Assembly: GCA_947478395.1 (NCBI GenBank)
Contig: CANJVR010000005.1
Span: 32,001-96,000 of the forward strand
Origin: Opitutia bacterium
Lineage (GTDB): Bacteria; Verrucomicrobiota; Verrucomicrobiia; Opitutales; Opitutaceae
Direction of reading: 5' to 3'
DNA length: 64,000 nt
The notes under the pieces were generated by a model that made no database searches, had not been told where the DNA came from, and saw only the letters and a program-made list of their open reading frames with translations. Shown here piece by piece: positions 19,942 through 28,735 of this stretch. The stretch's first letter is position 1. Each line of letters begins with the position of its first letter. Position numbers and translations under genes: made by a program.

Positions 19942-20958
19942 TCAGCTTGCCTTGCCCTGCCGCAGCCGATCCAGGAAAACCGCGACGATGATCACCACGC
20001 CGATGATGATTTCCTGAAAATAGGTCGGCCAGCCCATCTGCTGCGAGCCGTTGCGCAGGACCGCCATGATAAGCGCGCCGATCATCGAACCGAGAATCGT
20101 GCCCACCCCGCCGGACAAGCTCGCGCCACCAATAATCACGGCGGCGATAATATCGAGTTCGAGTCCGACTGCCACCGTGGGGTCGCCCTGGCGCAGACGG
20201 GAAAGTTGAAAGAGCCCCGCGAGCCCGAAGAAGCAACCCGCCAGCGCGTAGATCATCACCTTGAGCCGCGTCGTGGGAATACCGCACAGCCGCGCCGTGG
20301 CCTCATTTGAACCGAGCGCAAAAACGTGGCGCCCGAAAATCGTGTTGCGCAGCAACAGCGACGTCAGCGCCGCAAGCACCACCGCGATCCAAACGCCCAG
20401 TGGAAGTTTTCCCGCAAACTCGACCAACCGCCCGAGAAATCCCGGCAGCCACACCGGTCCGCCCTCGGGGAACGTGATGGTCGGCGCCGTCATCCACGTG
20501 TTGATCGGCGAAGTCTCGTAGTTAACCGTCTGGTCCTGGGCGAGCCACTTGGCCGAGCCCCGCGCGATGCCGAGTGTGCCGAGCGTAATGATGAACGGAA
20601 TCATCCGGAGCGCAGCGATCGCACTGCCGTTCAGCAATCCGATCAACCCGCCCGAGGCCAGTGAAACGAGCACCACCCCGGCCGGGCCCCAGCCGCGTTG
20701 GATGAGCGAGGCCCCGACAACACTGGTGAACGCGATGCTCGATCCGACGGAAAGGTCGATGCCGCCGCTGACGATCACCATCGTCATGCCTAGCGCTCCA
20801 ATCGCGACGATCACCGTTTGAATGAAAACAAAACGGAAATTAGCGTACGTCGGAAACACCTCGCGCATCTCCGCCGGCAGGGAAAAAAGTCCCACCACCA
20901 GGATGAGGCCGAGGAACGGACCCAGCTTTGCGGAAAGGCGTTTTAACGTGTCATTCAT
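19942..20958 (-). CDS. Sugar ABC transporter permease (RbsC-like)
   Basis: GGIDLSVGS, IPFIITLG, GSNEATARLCGI, ELDIIAAVIIGGASLSGG. Confidence 0.92.
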   Translation of the reverse strand: MNDTLKRLSAKLGPFLGLILVVGLFSLPAEMREVFPTYANFRFVFIQTVIVAIGALGMTMVIVSGGIDLSVGSSIAFTSVVGASLIQRGWGPAGVVLVSLASGGLIGLLNGSAIAALRMIPFIITLGTLGIARGSAKWLAQDQTVNYETSPINTWMTAPTITFPEGGPVWLPGFLGRLVEFAGKLPLGVWIAVVLAALTSLLLRNTIFGRHVFALGSNEATARLCGIPTTRLKVMIYALAGCFFGLAGLFQLSRLRQGDPTVAVGLELDIIAAVIIGGASLSGGVGTILGSMIGALIMAVLRNGSQQMGWPTYFQEIIIGVVIIVAVFLDRLRQGKAS

Positions 20959-20995
20959 GAAAAAATTCGGGGGAGCGTGAGCAGCAGGAACTACA

Positions 20996-21063
20996 TGTGG
21001 GCGGGGTGCCCCCATCCCGCAAATCGTCGTTCGACCCGCGCCGTCCAAGGGGATGACCCGGCC
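20996..21063. repeat. GTGG-type REP-like element (family C), degenerate
   Basis: TGTGGGCGGGGTGCCCCATCCCGC resembles 22645 and 41711 copies. Confidence 0.5.
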
Positions 21064-21084
21064 GTGTCGCTTTGCTCGGCAGCT

Positions 21085-22623
21085 TCACTGCGTTCGGCAT
21101 GATATTTCGTTCGCCCGGCTTTCACTCCCGGTCGCCGTCCGCATGATCTCGGCCTCATTCCACTGCGCGCGCGGCCGCACCGCACTGAGTTCGCCGCGGC
21201 ACATCACCCCGATGGTGTCGCACAGCCCAAGCAATTCCGGGAGATAACTGCTCACTACGATCACGGCTTTCCCCGCGCCCGCGAGACGTCCGATCAGCTC
21301 GTAGATCTGGGCCTTGCTGCCGACGTCGATTCCGCGCGTCGGTTCATCGAGGAGAAAAATGCGGGCGGGGTGTTCCAGCAGACGGGCCAGCGCGACCTTC
21401 TGTTGATTGCCGCCGGAGAGCTGTCCGATGGGTTGGGTGGCGTCGCGGCACTTCACGCGCAGCTCATCGAGCCAGCGCTGGGCCGCCGCGCGTTGACGCC
21501 GCGCACTGATCCAGCCGAAACGGCCGAAAGTTTCGTGCTTCGTGAGCGTGAGGTTGTCGGCGATGGATTGGTTGAGCATCAAGCCCTCCTCCTTGCGATT
21601 CTCGCTCAGGAAACCGAGTCCCTGCTGCCAGCGTAGCCGGGGCGAACTAGCGCCCGTCGGAGCATCGAGGATGCACACCTCGCCTGAATCGAGCGCATCG
21701 AGTCCAAAAATCGCGCGCAGCAAATCGGTGCGGCCGGCGCCAATCAGACCAGCGAGCCCGAAAATCTCGCCTGCACGCAGTTGCAGCGCCGCGCGTTTCA
21801 AGCGCGGCGGTCGCGCCGCGGCCTTGACCTCAAGCACGACCGCGCCGGGCGCGTGCGCGGTGCGCGGATAGAGATCCTGCACTTCCCGCCCAGTCATCAA
21901 CGTCACGATTTGATCGAGACTGACAGCCTTCATCTCGCCGCTACCCACGGTTTCGCCGTCCTTCAGTACCGTGTAGCGGTCGGCGATGCGGCGACACTCT
22001 TCCAAAAAATGGCTGATGTAGATGATGCTGACGCCTTGGTCGCGCAGTCGCGCGATGGCCGCGAAAAGCTTGTCGGTATCAGCCTGCGTGAGACTGCTCG
22101 TGGGCTCGTCCATGATCAGCACCTGCGGCCGCATGAGCAGCGCCCGAGCGATTTCGATCACCTGTTGCTCTGCGATGGTGAAATCGCCGGCGAGGCGTTC
22201 GAGATCAATGCTCTCGTGCCCCAACTGGGCCAGTGCGGCGCGAGCTCGGGCGCACGAGGCCGCACGATCGATCCAACCGCCGGTGGCGGACTCGGCGCCG
22301 AGGAGGATATTTTCCCGCACGGTGAGGTGGAGCGCGAGATTAAGCTCCTGATAAATCATTGAGACACCCTTGAGCCGGGCGTCGTGCGGACCGGTCGGCC
22401 CATAGGGCCGGCCGCCGAGTTCCATCGTGCCGGCATCGGCCGCGTGCGCACCGCTGAGGATTTTCATCAGCGTGCTTTTGCCCGCGCCATTCTCACCGAT
22501 CAGCGCGTGGACCTCACCGGGCGCAACCGTGAGCGAGACGCCCCGCAGGGCGCGCGTGGCGCCGAAACTTTTTTGAATGCCGGCGAGGCGGAGCGCGGGA
22601 ACGGCGGTGACCACAGTTGTCAT
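21085..22623 (-). CDS. Sugar ABC transporter ATP-binding protein (RbsA-like, two ABC domains)
   Basis: GENGAGKST, MDEPTSSL, LSGGNQQK, LDEPTRGIDVG. Confidence 0.95.
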   Translation of the reverse strand: MTTVVTAVPALRLAGIQKSFGATRALRGVSLTVAPGEVHALIGENGAGKSTLMKILSGAHAADAGTMELGGRPYGPTGPHDARLKGVSMIYQELNLALHLTVRENILLGAESATGGWIDRAASCARARAALAQLGHESIDLERLAGDFTIAEQQVIEIARALLMRPQVLIMDEPTSSLTQADTDKLFAAIARLRDQGVSIIYISHFLEECRRIADRYTVLKDGETVGSGEMKAVSLDQIVTLMTGREVQDLYPRTAHAPGAVVLEVKAAARPPRLKRAALQLRAGEIFGLAGLIGAGRTDLLRAIFGLDALDSGEVCILDAPTGASSPRLRWQQGLGFLSENRKEEGLMLNQSIADNLTLTKHETFGRFGWISARRQRAAAQRWLDELRVKCRDATQPIGQLSGGNQQKVALARLLEHPARIFLLDEPTRGIDVGSKAQIYELIGRLAGAGKAVIVVSSYLPELLGLCDTIGVMCRGELSAVRPRAQWNEAEIMRTATGSESRANEISCRTQ

Positions 22624-22644
22624 TCTGAGCGGAGCGCTGATCGA

Positions 22645-22722
22645 TGTGGGCGGGGCACCCTCGCCCCGCTTGAAAATCGCTGGCTGAACGACGTTTCGCG
22701 GCGTGAGGGCACCCGGCCCACA
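22645..22722. repeat. GTGG-type REP doublet (family C)
   Basis: TGTGGGCGGGGCACCCTCGCCCCGC ... GCGGCGTGAGGGCACCCGGCCCACA imperfect inverted pair. Confidence 0.65.
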
Positions 22723-22826
22723 GTTGTCATTGGCCCAGCGACGAGAGGAACGAGTGCGGTCCGCGTCTCAGGATGGTCGAGCCGGAATAAGGAAACGTCC
22801 ATCGCTGGAGCGCACTCGTCAGAATC

Positions 22827-23819
22827 TCACTTCAGATACTTCGCCAGCGGTGGATTCATCAGCTCGGCGATGGCGGGCTCGTTCATGTTATCCTTGGTCA
22901 CAAAGCCCACGCCGGTGTCGATCGTGGCCGCGACTTTCTCCCCGCGAATGGCGGCGACGACCGTCTTCACCCCAAGGTAGCCCATCGCCATCGGATTCTG
23001 GACGACGAAACCCACAAGGTCGCCGGCTTTCAGGCCCGCGTTGAGTGTCTCACCCGCGTCAAATGCGACGAACTTCACCTTGCCACCCGCGAGGCCTGCA
23101 TCGCGCAAAGCCAGCAGCATGCCGGACGCGGCCGACTCGTTCGACGCGAAGATGCCGTTCACTTCCTTACCATAACGACTGAGCAAATTTTCCGAAACCC
23201 GTTTTGCGCTGTCGCGCGTCGCACCAGCGTGCTGGTCAGTGGAGATCAGCTTGATGCCCGGGAAATCTTTTTTCATCACCTCGAGAAAGCCCGTCTCACG
23301 TTCTTCCGTACTCGCGGAACCGACCTGATAGCGCAGCAAGATGACGTTGCCCTTGCCGCCGAGAACCCGGCCAAGATTGCGCGCCGCGATCCGGCCGCCC
23401 TCGGTGTTGTCGGTGGCCACGAAGCTCGACTGCGCCTTCGACTCGAGACCGGAGTCCACGACGACCACGGGGATCTTGGCGGCGACCGCTTCTTCGACGG
23501 CGCCGACGAGGGCCTTCTTGTCGAGGGGCGCCAACACGATGCCGTTTACTTTCCGTCCGATGAAATTCTGCACCACGGAAATCTGCTGGTCGCGATCGTC
23601 CTCCCGCAGCGGGCCCTTCCAGATGATTTTCACCGTGATACCCTGGGGTTTGAGCTGCTCGTTGAGTTCGAGCGCGGCTTTTTCAGCGCCGGCATTGATC
23701 GATTTCCAAAACTCGTGGGTGGTCCCCTTTGGGATCACAGCGATTTGGTAAACCGTGTCGGCCGCGCGCATCAGACCGGTCGAAGCAAGAAGACAGAGGG
23801 TAAAAAAGATTTTCTTCAT
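22827..23819 (-). CDS. Sugar ABC substrate-binding protein (RbsB-like)
   Basis: Signal peptide from ATG 23819; IPKGTTHEFW, VATDN..GG, VVQNPMAMGYLGV. Confidence 0.92.
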   Translation of the reverse strand: MKKIFFTLCLLASTGLMRAADTVYQIAVIPKGTTHEFWKSINAGAEKAALELNEQLKPQGITVKIIWKGPLREDDRDQQISVVQNFIGRKVNGIVLAPLDKKALVGAVEEAVAAKIPVVVVDSGLESKAQSSFVATDNTEGGRIAARNLGRVLGGKGNVILLRYQVGSASTEERETGFLEVMKKDFPGIKLISTDQHAGATRDSAKRVSENLLSRYGKEVNGIFASNESAASGMLLALRDAGLAGGKVKFVAFDAGETLNAGLKAGDLVGFVVQNPMAMGYLGVKTVVAAIRGEKVAATIDTGVGFVTKDNMNEPAIAELMNPPLAKYLK

Positions 23820-24079
23820 GGGGTAAAAGGTAGCCCAATCTTCGCAGTCAGCCGCGGCTGTCGAGGGTAGAAATCGGGCCGTGGACACGCTCCAACGTTC
23901 AACCTGGACCGTCCGCGAGCGAAACGGTTATCTCGGGGTCCGCGAAGAGGAAAAACCTGGTTTGAAGTTTAGGCATCTGAAAGCGCGGGCGTGAGCGGGC
24001 GGACTTCGCGGCGATTTCATCGGGGACTCCAACGTTTTGTTTCGCATCCGTAACATTCACCGTTACGCAGAGCGAACGC

Positions 24080-24721
24080 ATGCTTTCCCTCAAAAAACTC
24101 TTCGGCAAAGACGAAAAATTCTTCGATCTGTTGGAGGCCGGCGCGGATGAAGCCCGGGCCAGCGTCGAGCTTTTCGGCCAATATCTCCAGGCTCTCGCCA
24201 GCGACAGCGGCACCGGAGTCAGCAACGACGAGTTCATCCAGTCGCGCCGGAAGGAAAAGCGGCTGCGTCAGCAAATGACCGACGAACTGGGCCGCACCTT
24301 CGTGACCCCGCTGGAACGCGAGGACATCGAAGCGTTGTCGTTCGCCCTGTACCGCATCCCGAAGCAGGTCGAAAAAATCGTGGAACGCATCGGCATCTAT
24401 CCGGGAAAACTGCCCGCGACCGCATTCGTCCGGCAGGCCGAGCTCATGCTGCAAGCCGCCGACGCCGTCGCGTTCATGGTGAAACAACTGCGCGGTGGAA
24501 CGACCATGGAAAAAATCCAGGGAGCCAGCGACCGGCTGCAATTCGCCGAGGGCGAGGCCGACAAGGTGATGATCACCCTGCTGAAGGAAATTTATCATGG
24601 CCCCTGCGACGCGAAGGAACTCGTGATCCTGCAGAAGATCTTCGAGATGGTCGAACAGGGCGTCGACCGCTGCCGCAATGCCGGCAACATCGTTGTTCAG
24701 ATCGTGCTCAAGCATTCTTAA
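24080..24721 (+). CDS. DUF47 (PhoU-like) phosphate transport regulator
   Basis: TFVTPLEREDI, E.EAD, D.C motifs; precedes pit. Confidence 0.9.
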   Translation: MLSLKKLFGKDEKFFDLLEAGADEARASVELFGQYLQALASDSGTGVSNDEFIQSRRKEKRLRQQMTDELGRTFVTPLEREDIEALSFALYRIPKQVEKIVERIGIYPGKLPATAFVRQAELMLQAADAVAFMVKQLRGGTTMEKIQGASDRLQFAEGEADKVMITLLKEIYHGPCDAKELVILQKIFEMVEQGVDRCRNAGNIVVQIVLKHS

Positions 24722-24733
24722 GAGGCGCCGCTC

Positions 24734-25777
24734 ATGACGCTGTTCCTGCTCGTGCTGCTGACCGCGCTGGCGTTCGAATACATCAACGGCTTTCACGATA
24801 CGGCCAACGCCATCGCGACGGTTGTCTCCACAAAAGTCCTCACTCCGCGCATGGCGATCCTCCTCGCCGCGGTGATGAATCTCCTCGGCGCGCTCGCGGG
24901 CACCGCCGTGGCGTCGACGATTGGCAAGGGCCTCGTCGACACGAATTCCGTCACGATGCTCACCGTGCTCTGCGCCTTGCTCGGCGGGATCATTTGGAAT
25001 CTTTTCACGTGGTGGCTGGGGCTGCCGTCGAGTTCGAGCCACGCGCTCGTCGGCGGATTGTGCGGAGCAACGCTCGCGACCGCGCACGGCAATTGGTCCG
25101 TTTTGAAATGGTCGACCGGGCTCTGGCCCAAAGTCTTGATGCCGATGCTCACCTCGCCGCTCATCGGATTTTTCGGCGGCGCGCTGCTCATGATGCTGCT
25201 CACGCTCGCGTTGAAACGCGCGACGCCGCGGTTTGTCACAGTGGTCTTCGGCAAGGCCCAGCTTTTAAGCGCGGGTTTCATGGGCTATAGCCACGGCTCA
25301 AACGATGCCCAAAAAACGATGGGCATCATCACGCTCGCGCTGTTCACCGGCACGCAATCGGGCGCGTTCAACGATTTGCCAGCGTGGGCCCATTTTCTCC
25401 GCCTGCCGGATTTCAAGGACGTGCCGTACTGGGTCATCGTCACCTGCGCGATCACGATGGCCGCGGGCACCGCGGGCGGCGGCAAACGCATCATCAAAAC
25501 GATGGGCCACAAAATGGTGAAACTCGTGCCGGTGCAGGGCTTCGCCGCCGAGACCACCGCCGCACTGATCATTCACGGAGCGTCGACCCTCGGCGTGCCG
25601 GTTTCGACGACGCACGTCATCTCGACGTCGATCATGGGCGTCGGCGCCACGAAGCGCCTGAGCGCCGTGAAATGGGGTATCGTCGAACGCATCCTGTGGG
25701 CGTGGGTGCTCACGTTGCCCGTGACCGCACTCCTCGGCTACTTGCTCGAGCGGGCGTTCAGCGCTTTCGGTACCTAA
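24734..25777 (+). CDS. pit: Inorganic phosphate transporter, PiT family
   Basis: NGFHDTANAIAT, GLPSSSSHALVGG, HGSNDAQKTMGII, PVSTTH. Confidence 0.95.
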   Translation: MTLFLLVLLTALAFEYINGFHDTANAIATVVSTKVLTPRMAILLAAVMNLLGALAGTAVASTIGKGLVDTNSVTMLTVLCALLGGIIWNLFTWWLGLPSSSSHALVGGLCGATLATAHGNWSVLKWSTGLWPKVLMPMLTSPLIGFFGGALLMMLLTLALKRATPRFVTVVFGKAQLLSAGFMGYSHGSNDAQKTMGIITLALFTGTQSGAFNDLPAWAHFLRLPDFKDVPYWVIVTCAITMAAGTAGGGKRIIKTMGHKMVKLVPVQGFAAETTAALIIHGASTLGVPVSTTHVISTSIMGVGATKRLSAVKWGIVERILWAWVLTLPVTALLGYLLERAFSAFGT

Positions 25778-26018
25778 GAAAACAAGATTACCAACCATTT
25801 TGCGCGGCCAACGGGAACGTCCGACGTCCGCATGTGCGAATGGGAGGATCCGCCGCCAGTCGACGCATTTTAGGCGCCCTTCGCCGGGGCCTCGCACCCA
25901 AAATCTTTCCCGTCATTCGACTCCGTTCACCGGACCGCTTTAAAACATCCCGCTGGCCAATTCCTTGAACGGGGATACCGATGGTGGCCCCCCGCCACCC
26001 CCGCGCTCTTCCTATCCC

Positions 26019-27044
26019 ATGCCCCCTGTCGCTGCATCCCTGCCAAAGAAATTCTGTCTTGTTGCCGGTATTTTCTGCGGATGGATCGCATTATCGGGAG
26101 CGGCGTCGGAACGGACCCCTGTCAGCGACAAATCCGAAAACTCGGCCAATATATCGGGCCGCGAAAGGGTCGTGAACTTTCTCCAGGAGCTTCTGCCCAC
26201 CTCACTCCAAAGCCAGCCGCGGTTACGTTTTAACGCCATCACCGAGATGACGCCGGAAGGCCGAAAGCGGAGGGTGCCTTCAACGAGCCAGCCGATGTAT
26301 TTTTACGCCGTGCCTGCACGCTTCGTGCAAACCGGCGAGGAGGTTTCAGCCGGAGAAAAACCGCCTTCCAGCGCAGAACTCGAAGAAGCGCTGCGAAAGG
26401 TGCTCGCCCAAAACGGTTATCTCCCCATCCCCGACGATCACCAGCGGCCCGACGTCCTGATCGTTTCTACCTACGGCTCCAGCGGCGCCGCCATGGTCGA
26501 GGGAGCCCTCACGGCTGACGAGTTCCTGATCGCGGCGATCAACGCGCGGGACGTGGACCGGTTGGCCCGCGATGTCGTCGAACGGGCCCGCCTGGTTGCC
26601 GGCGATAAATTTGCCCAGGACTTGGACGAAGCACTCCGAGATTACCTCAGGGTCTACAACCCGAACAATTTCCCGCCCCCTTTAGACAGCTTTATGCGGG
26701 GTTATAGCCGGGAATTGATCGAACATTACGTTCAGATGATTTTTCACACCTGCTATTTCGTCACCGCCACCGCCTACGATTTTGAAGGCGTCGCCAAAAA
26801 GCGGAAAATCCCGCTCTGGCAAACTCGCATGGCGATCGAGGCCAATGGCGTATCAATGAAGGAAATTTTTCGTCCATTGATCATCAACACCGGGAATTTT
26901 ATCGGTCGGGAACAAGATCCGTCCTGGGTGACTCAGCGCCTCGATCGCCGCGGCCACGTCGAAATCGGCGACGCGAGAGTCGTCGAAGAAACGCTGCCGA
27001 CTCCTTCTGACCAAGCGGTGCCGGACAAAGCGGCGCCACGCTGA
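26019..27044 (+). CDS. Hypothetical exported protein
   Basis: Probable ATG 26019, hydrophobic N-terminal segment, globular alpha/beta body; no family recognised with confidence. Confidence 0.75.
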   Translation: MPPVAASLPKKFCLVAGIFCGWIALSGAASERTPVSDKSENSANISGRERVVNFLQELLPTSLQSQPRLRFNAITEMTPEGRKRRVPSTSQPMYFYAVPARFVQTGEEVSAGEKPPSSAELEEALRKVLAQNGYLPIPDDHQRPDVLIVSTYGSSGAAMVEGALTADEFLIAAINARDVDRLARDVVERARLVAGDKFAQDLDEALRDYLRVYNPNNFPPPLDSFMRGYSRELIEHYVQMIFHTCYFVTATAYDFEGVAKKRKIPLWQTRMAIEANGVSMKEIFRPLIINTGNFIGREQDPSWVTQRLDRRGHVEIGDARVVEETLPTPSDQAVPDKAAPR

Positions 27045-27083
27045 GCGCAGCGCAAGAGGTCAGTGCCCGCCTTCTCCCCGAAC

Positions 27084-28388
27084 ATGGGAACGTCTACCTC
27101 GCGGCTTCCGCGCCGGCATCGCGAATCGATCCTCCGCGTGATCGCAGTGACAGGCCTCGCAGCTCTTCACGCTTCCGTAGTCGCGGGCGCGTCGACTCCG
27201 TCCTCGAGCCTCGCCCCCGTCATACCGCTCGCCGAAACCGCCGCCCGCAGTGCGCCGATCGTTCGGCCAGGTTCACCTGCAACATCTCAAGGCACTCTCG
27301 TATTTTTGCCACCGGCCGTGCCCATCTTCACTCCGGCCGGCTTCGCAAGGCCCGAAACACCGCGGCCGACTCCGTCGGGACTCCACGACTTTGCGGCGCC
27401 CGACACTCTCGCCCTTTTTGTCGGCGAGATATTTTATCCGGTGCTGGGCACGCGGCTCGCGGATCACTCGCTCACCAAAAAACAGGAGTCTCGCCTCCAC
27501 GCCTACCAGGAGAGACGGGACGCGTTAGTGAATGAAATCAAAGACGCCCTGCTTGCCCTCCGCCCGAAAGATCCGACCACGAGGATCGCCGTACTCGAAG
27601 AGCTTGGGGGCCGACACGCGCCGCGGATCGAGGCCCTCGAAAAAGAGGCCGTGGCCCTTCGCGACGAATTGATGACGAGCCGGTTTTTCGAGAAGGAGAT
27701 CAATTGGTTTACCCGGCGCATTTGGTCCTTCGATAACACCGATATCAATCCCGACGACCTGCCCGTCGTTGAAGCCCAGGTGATCCGCATGGCCGCCTAC
27801 TACCAAAAGGGCGTTTCGGTCGAGCAACGGGGTCTTTTCGAGGAGACGGCTGAAGAATTGAAAGCCCGCGGCCGCATCAACGACTTTCCGGGCGATCTCA
27901 CCGCGCTCGCCGACGAGGTATTCGAGTTCGGCTTCGATCCCGCTCCGGGCCGGGTCCGGACGGCGCCGAGTCTATCAGCCGCGCTGAAGGACGCCCTCGA
28001 CCGCTATACGCGCGACAATTCGATTCTGAAGAAGGAAATTCGAGCGACGGTGATTGCTCACGCCGACGAATCGGAAAAGAAGCGCACCGCGGCCTTCGCT
28101 GCTTTCGCCACTCAACAGCACGCGGCGATCACGGCGCTGGCGCTGCAAGCAGAAGAAATTCGGCGCATGATGTTTCCCCCTTCCGCCCCGCCCGGTGCGC
28201 CGAAGCGGGAAAATTCGGCGGCCGCATTCACCGGCCGTATCGCCCTGTTTCAAATCGGGCTTTCCCCGGCGCAACGCCGCCTGCTCTTCAGCGCAGGCCT
28301 GAGAGAAATCGACCTGCCGCTCCCCGCGGGCGAACGCCTCGCCCGTTTTCCGGACCGACTATTCCCAACCGGGGAAATCCCGGAGTGA
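27084..28388 (+). CDS. Hypothetical exported helical-repeat protein (paralog of 28736-30430)
   Basis: Signal-like segment; FVGEIFYPVL, LTKKQ, GLSPAQRRLL shared with neighbour; start 27063 or 27084. Confidence 0.75.
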   Translation: MGTSTSRLPRRHRESILRVIAVTGLAALHASVVAGASTPSSSLAPVIPLAETAARSAPIVRPGSPATSQGTLVFLPPAVPIFTPAGFARPETPRPTPSGLHDFAAPDTLALFVGEIFYPVLGTRLADHSLTKKQESRLHAYQERRDALVNEIKDALLALRPKDPTTRIAVLEELGGRHAPRIEALEKEAVALRDELMTSRFFEKEINWFTRRIWSFDNTDINPDDLPVVEAQVIRMAAYYQKGVSVEQRGLFEETAEELKARGRINDFPGDLTALADEVFEFGFDPAPGRVRTAPSLSAALKDALDRYTRDNSILKKEIRATVIAHADESEKKRTAAFAAFATQQHAAITALALQAEEIRRMMFPPSAPPGAPKRENSAAAFTGRIALFQIGLSPAQRRLLFSAGLREIDLPLPAGERLARFPDRLFPTGEIPE

Positions 28389-28735
28389 ACCGACGGGCGG
28401 CTCCGAACAAGAGAACGGAGACCTCCGGGCCGGACGGTTTGACCACGCGCGATTCCCCATCTGTCGCGCCCGGATCTCGCGACCATACGATCACATTTAT
28501 CAGCTGACTAAAGCCTCAGCCCGGTTGATTCGCCCCACCTCCGCGGACGGGCGGCGGCCCAAATCCGGAGGTGTCACCCAAAGACACGCGAGCGTCCTAA
28601 CCTGTAGGCTGCGCGGAGATTTTTCAAATTAGCAGCTGCAATCACTTCAGTTTTAAGTACCGGTTAAGGTACCCCTCAGGCGGCAGACGGTCTGCGGATC
28701 CAATCACGCCTGCCCCAGCCCGGAACCTTCTTCAT

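Noticed and set aside
19820..20287. Extended ferritin-like ORF (307 aa)
   Set aside because: Upstream part overlaps the sugar permease out of frame; the ferritin domain starts at 19819
28500..28530. GACTAAAGCCTCAGCCCGG loosely resembling a c-di-GMP-I riboswitch segment
   Set aside because: The GGCAAA/GNRA first stem and downstream pairing are absent
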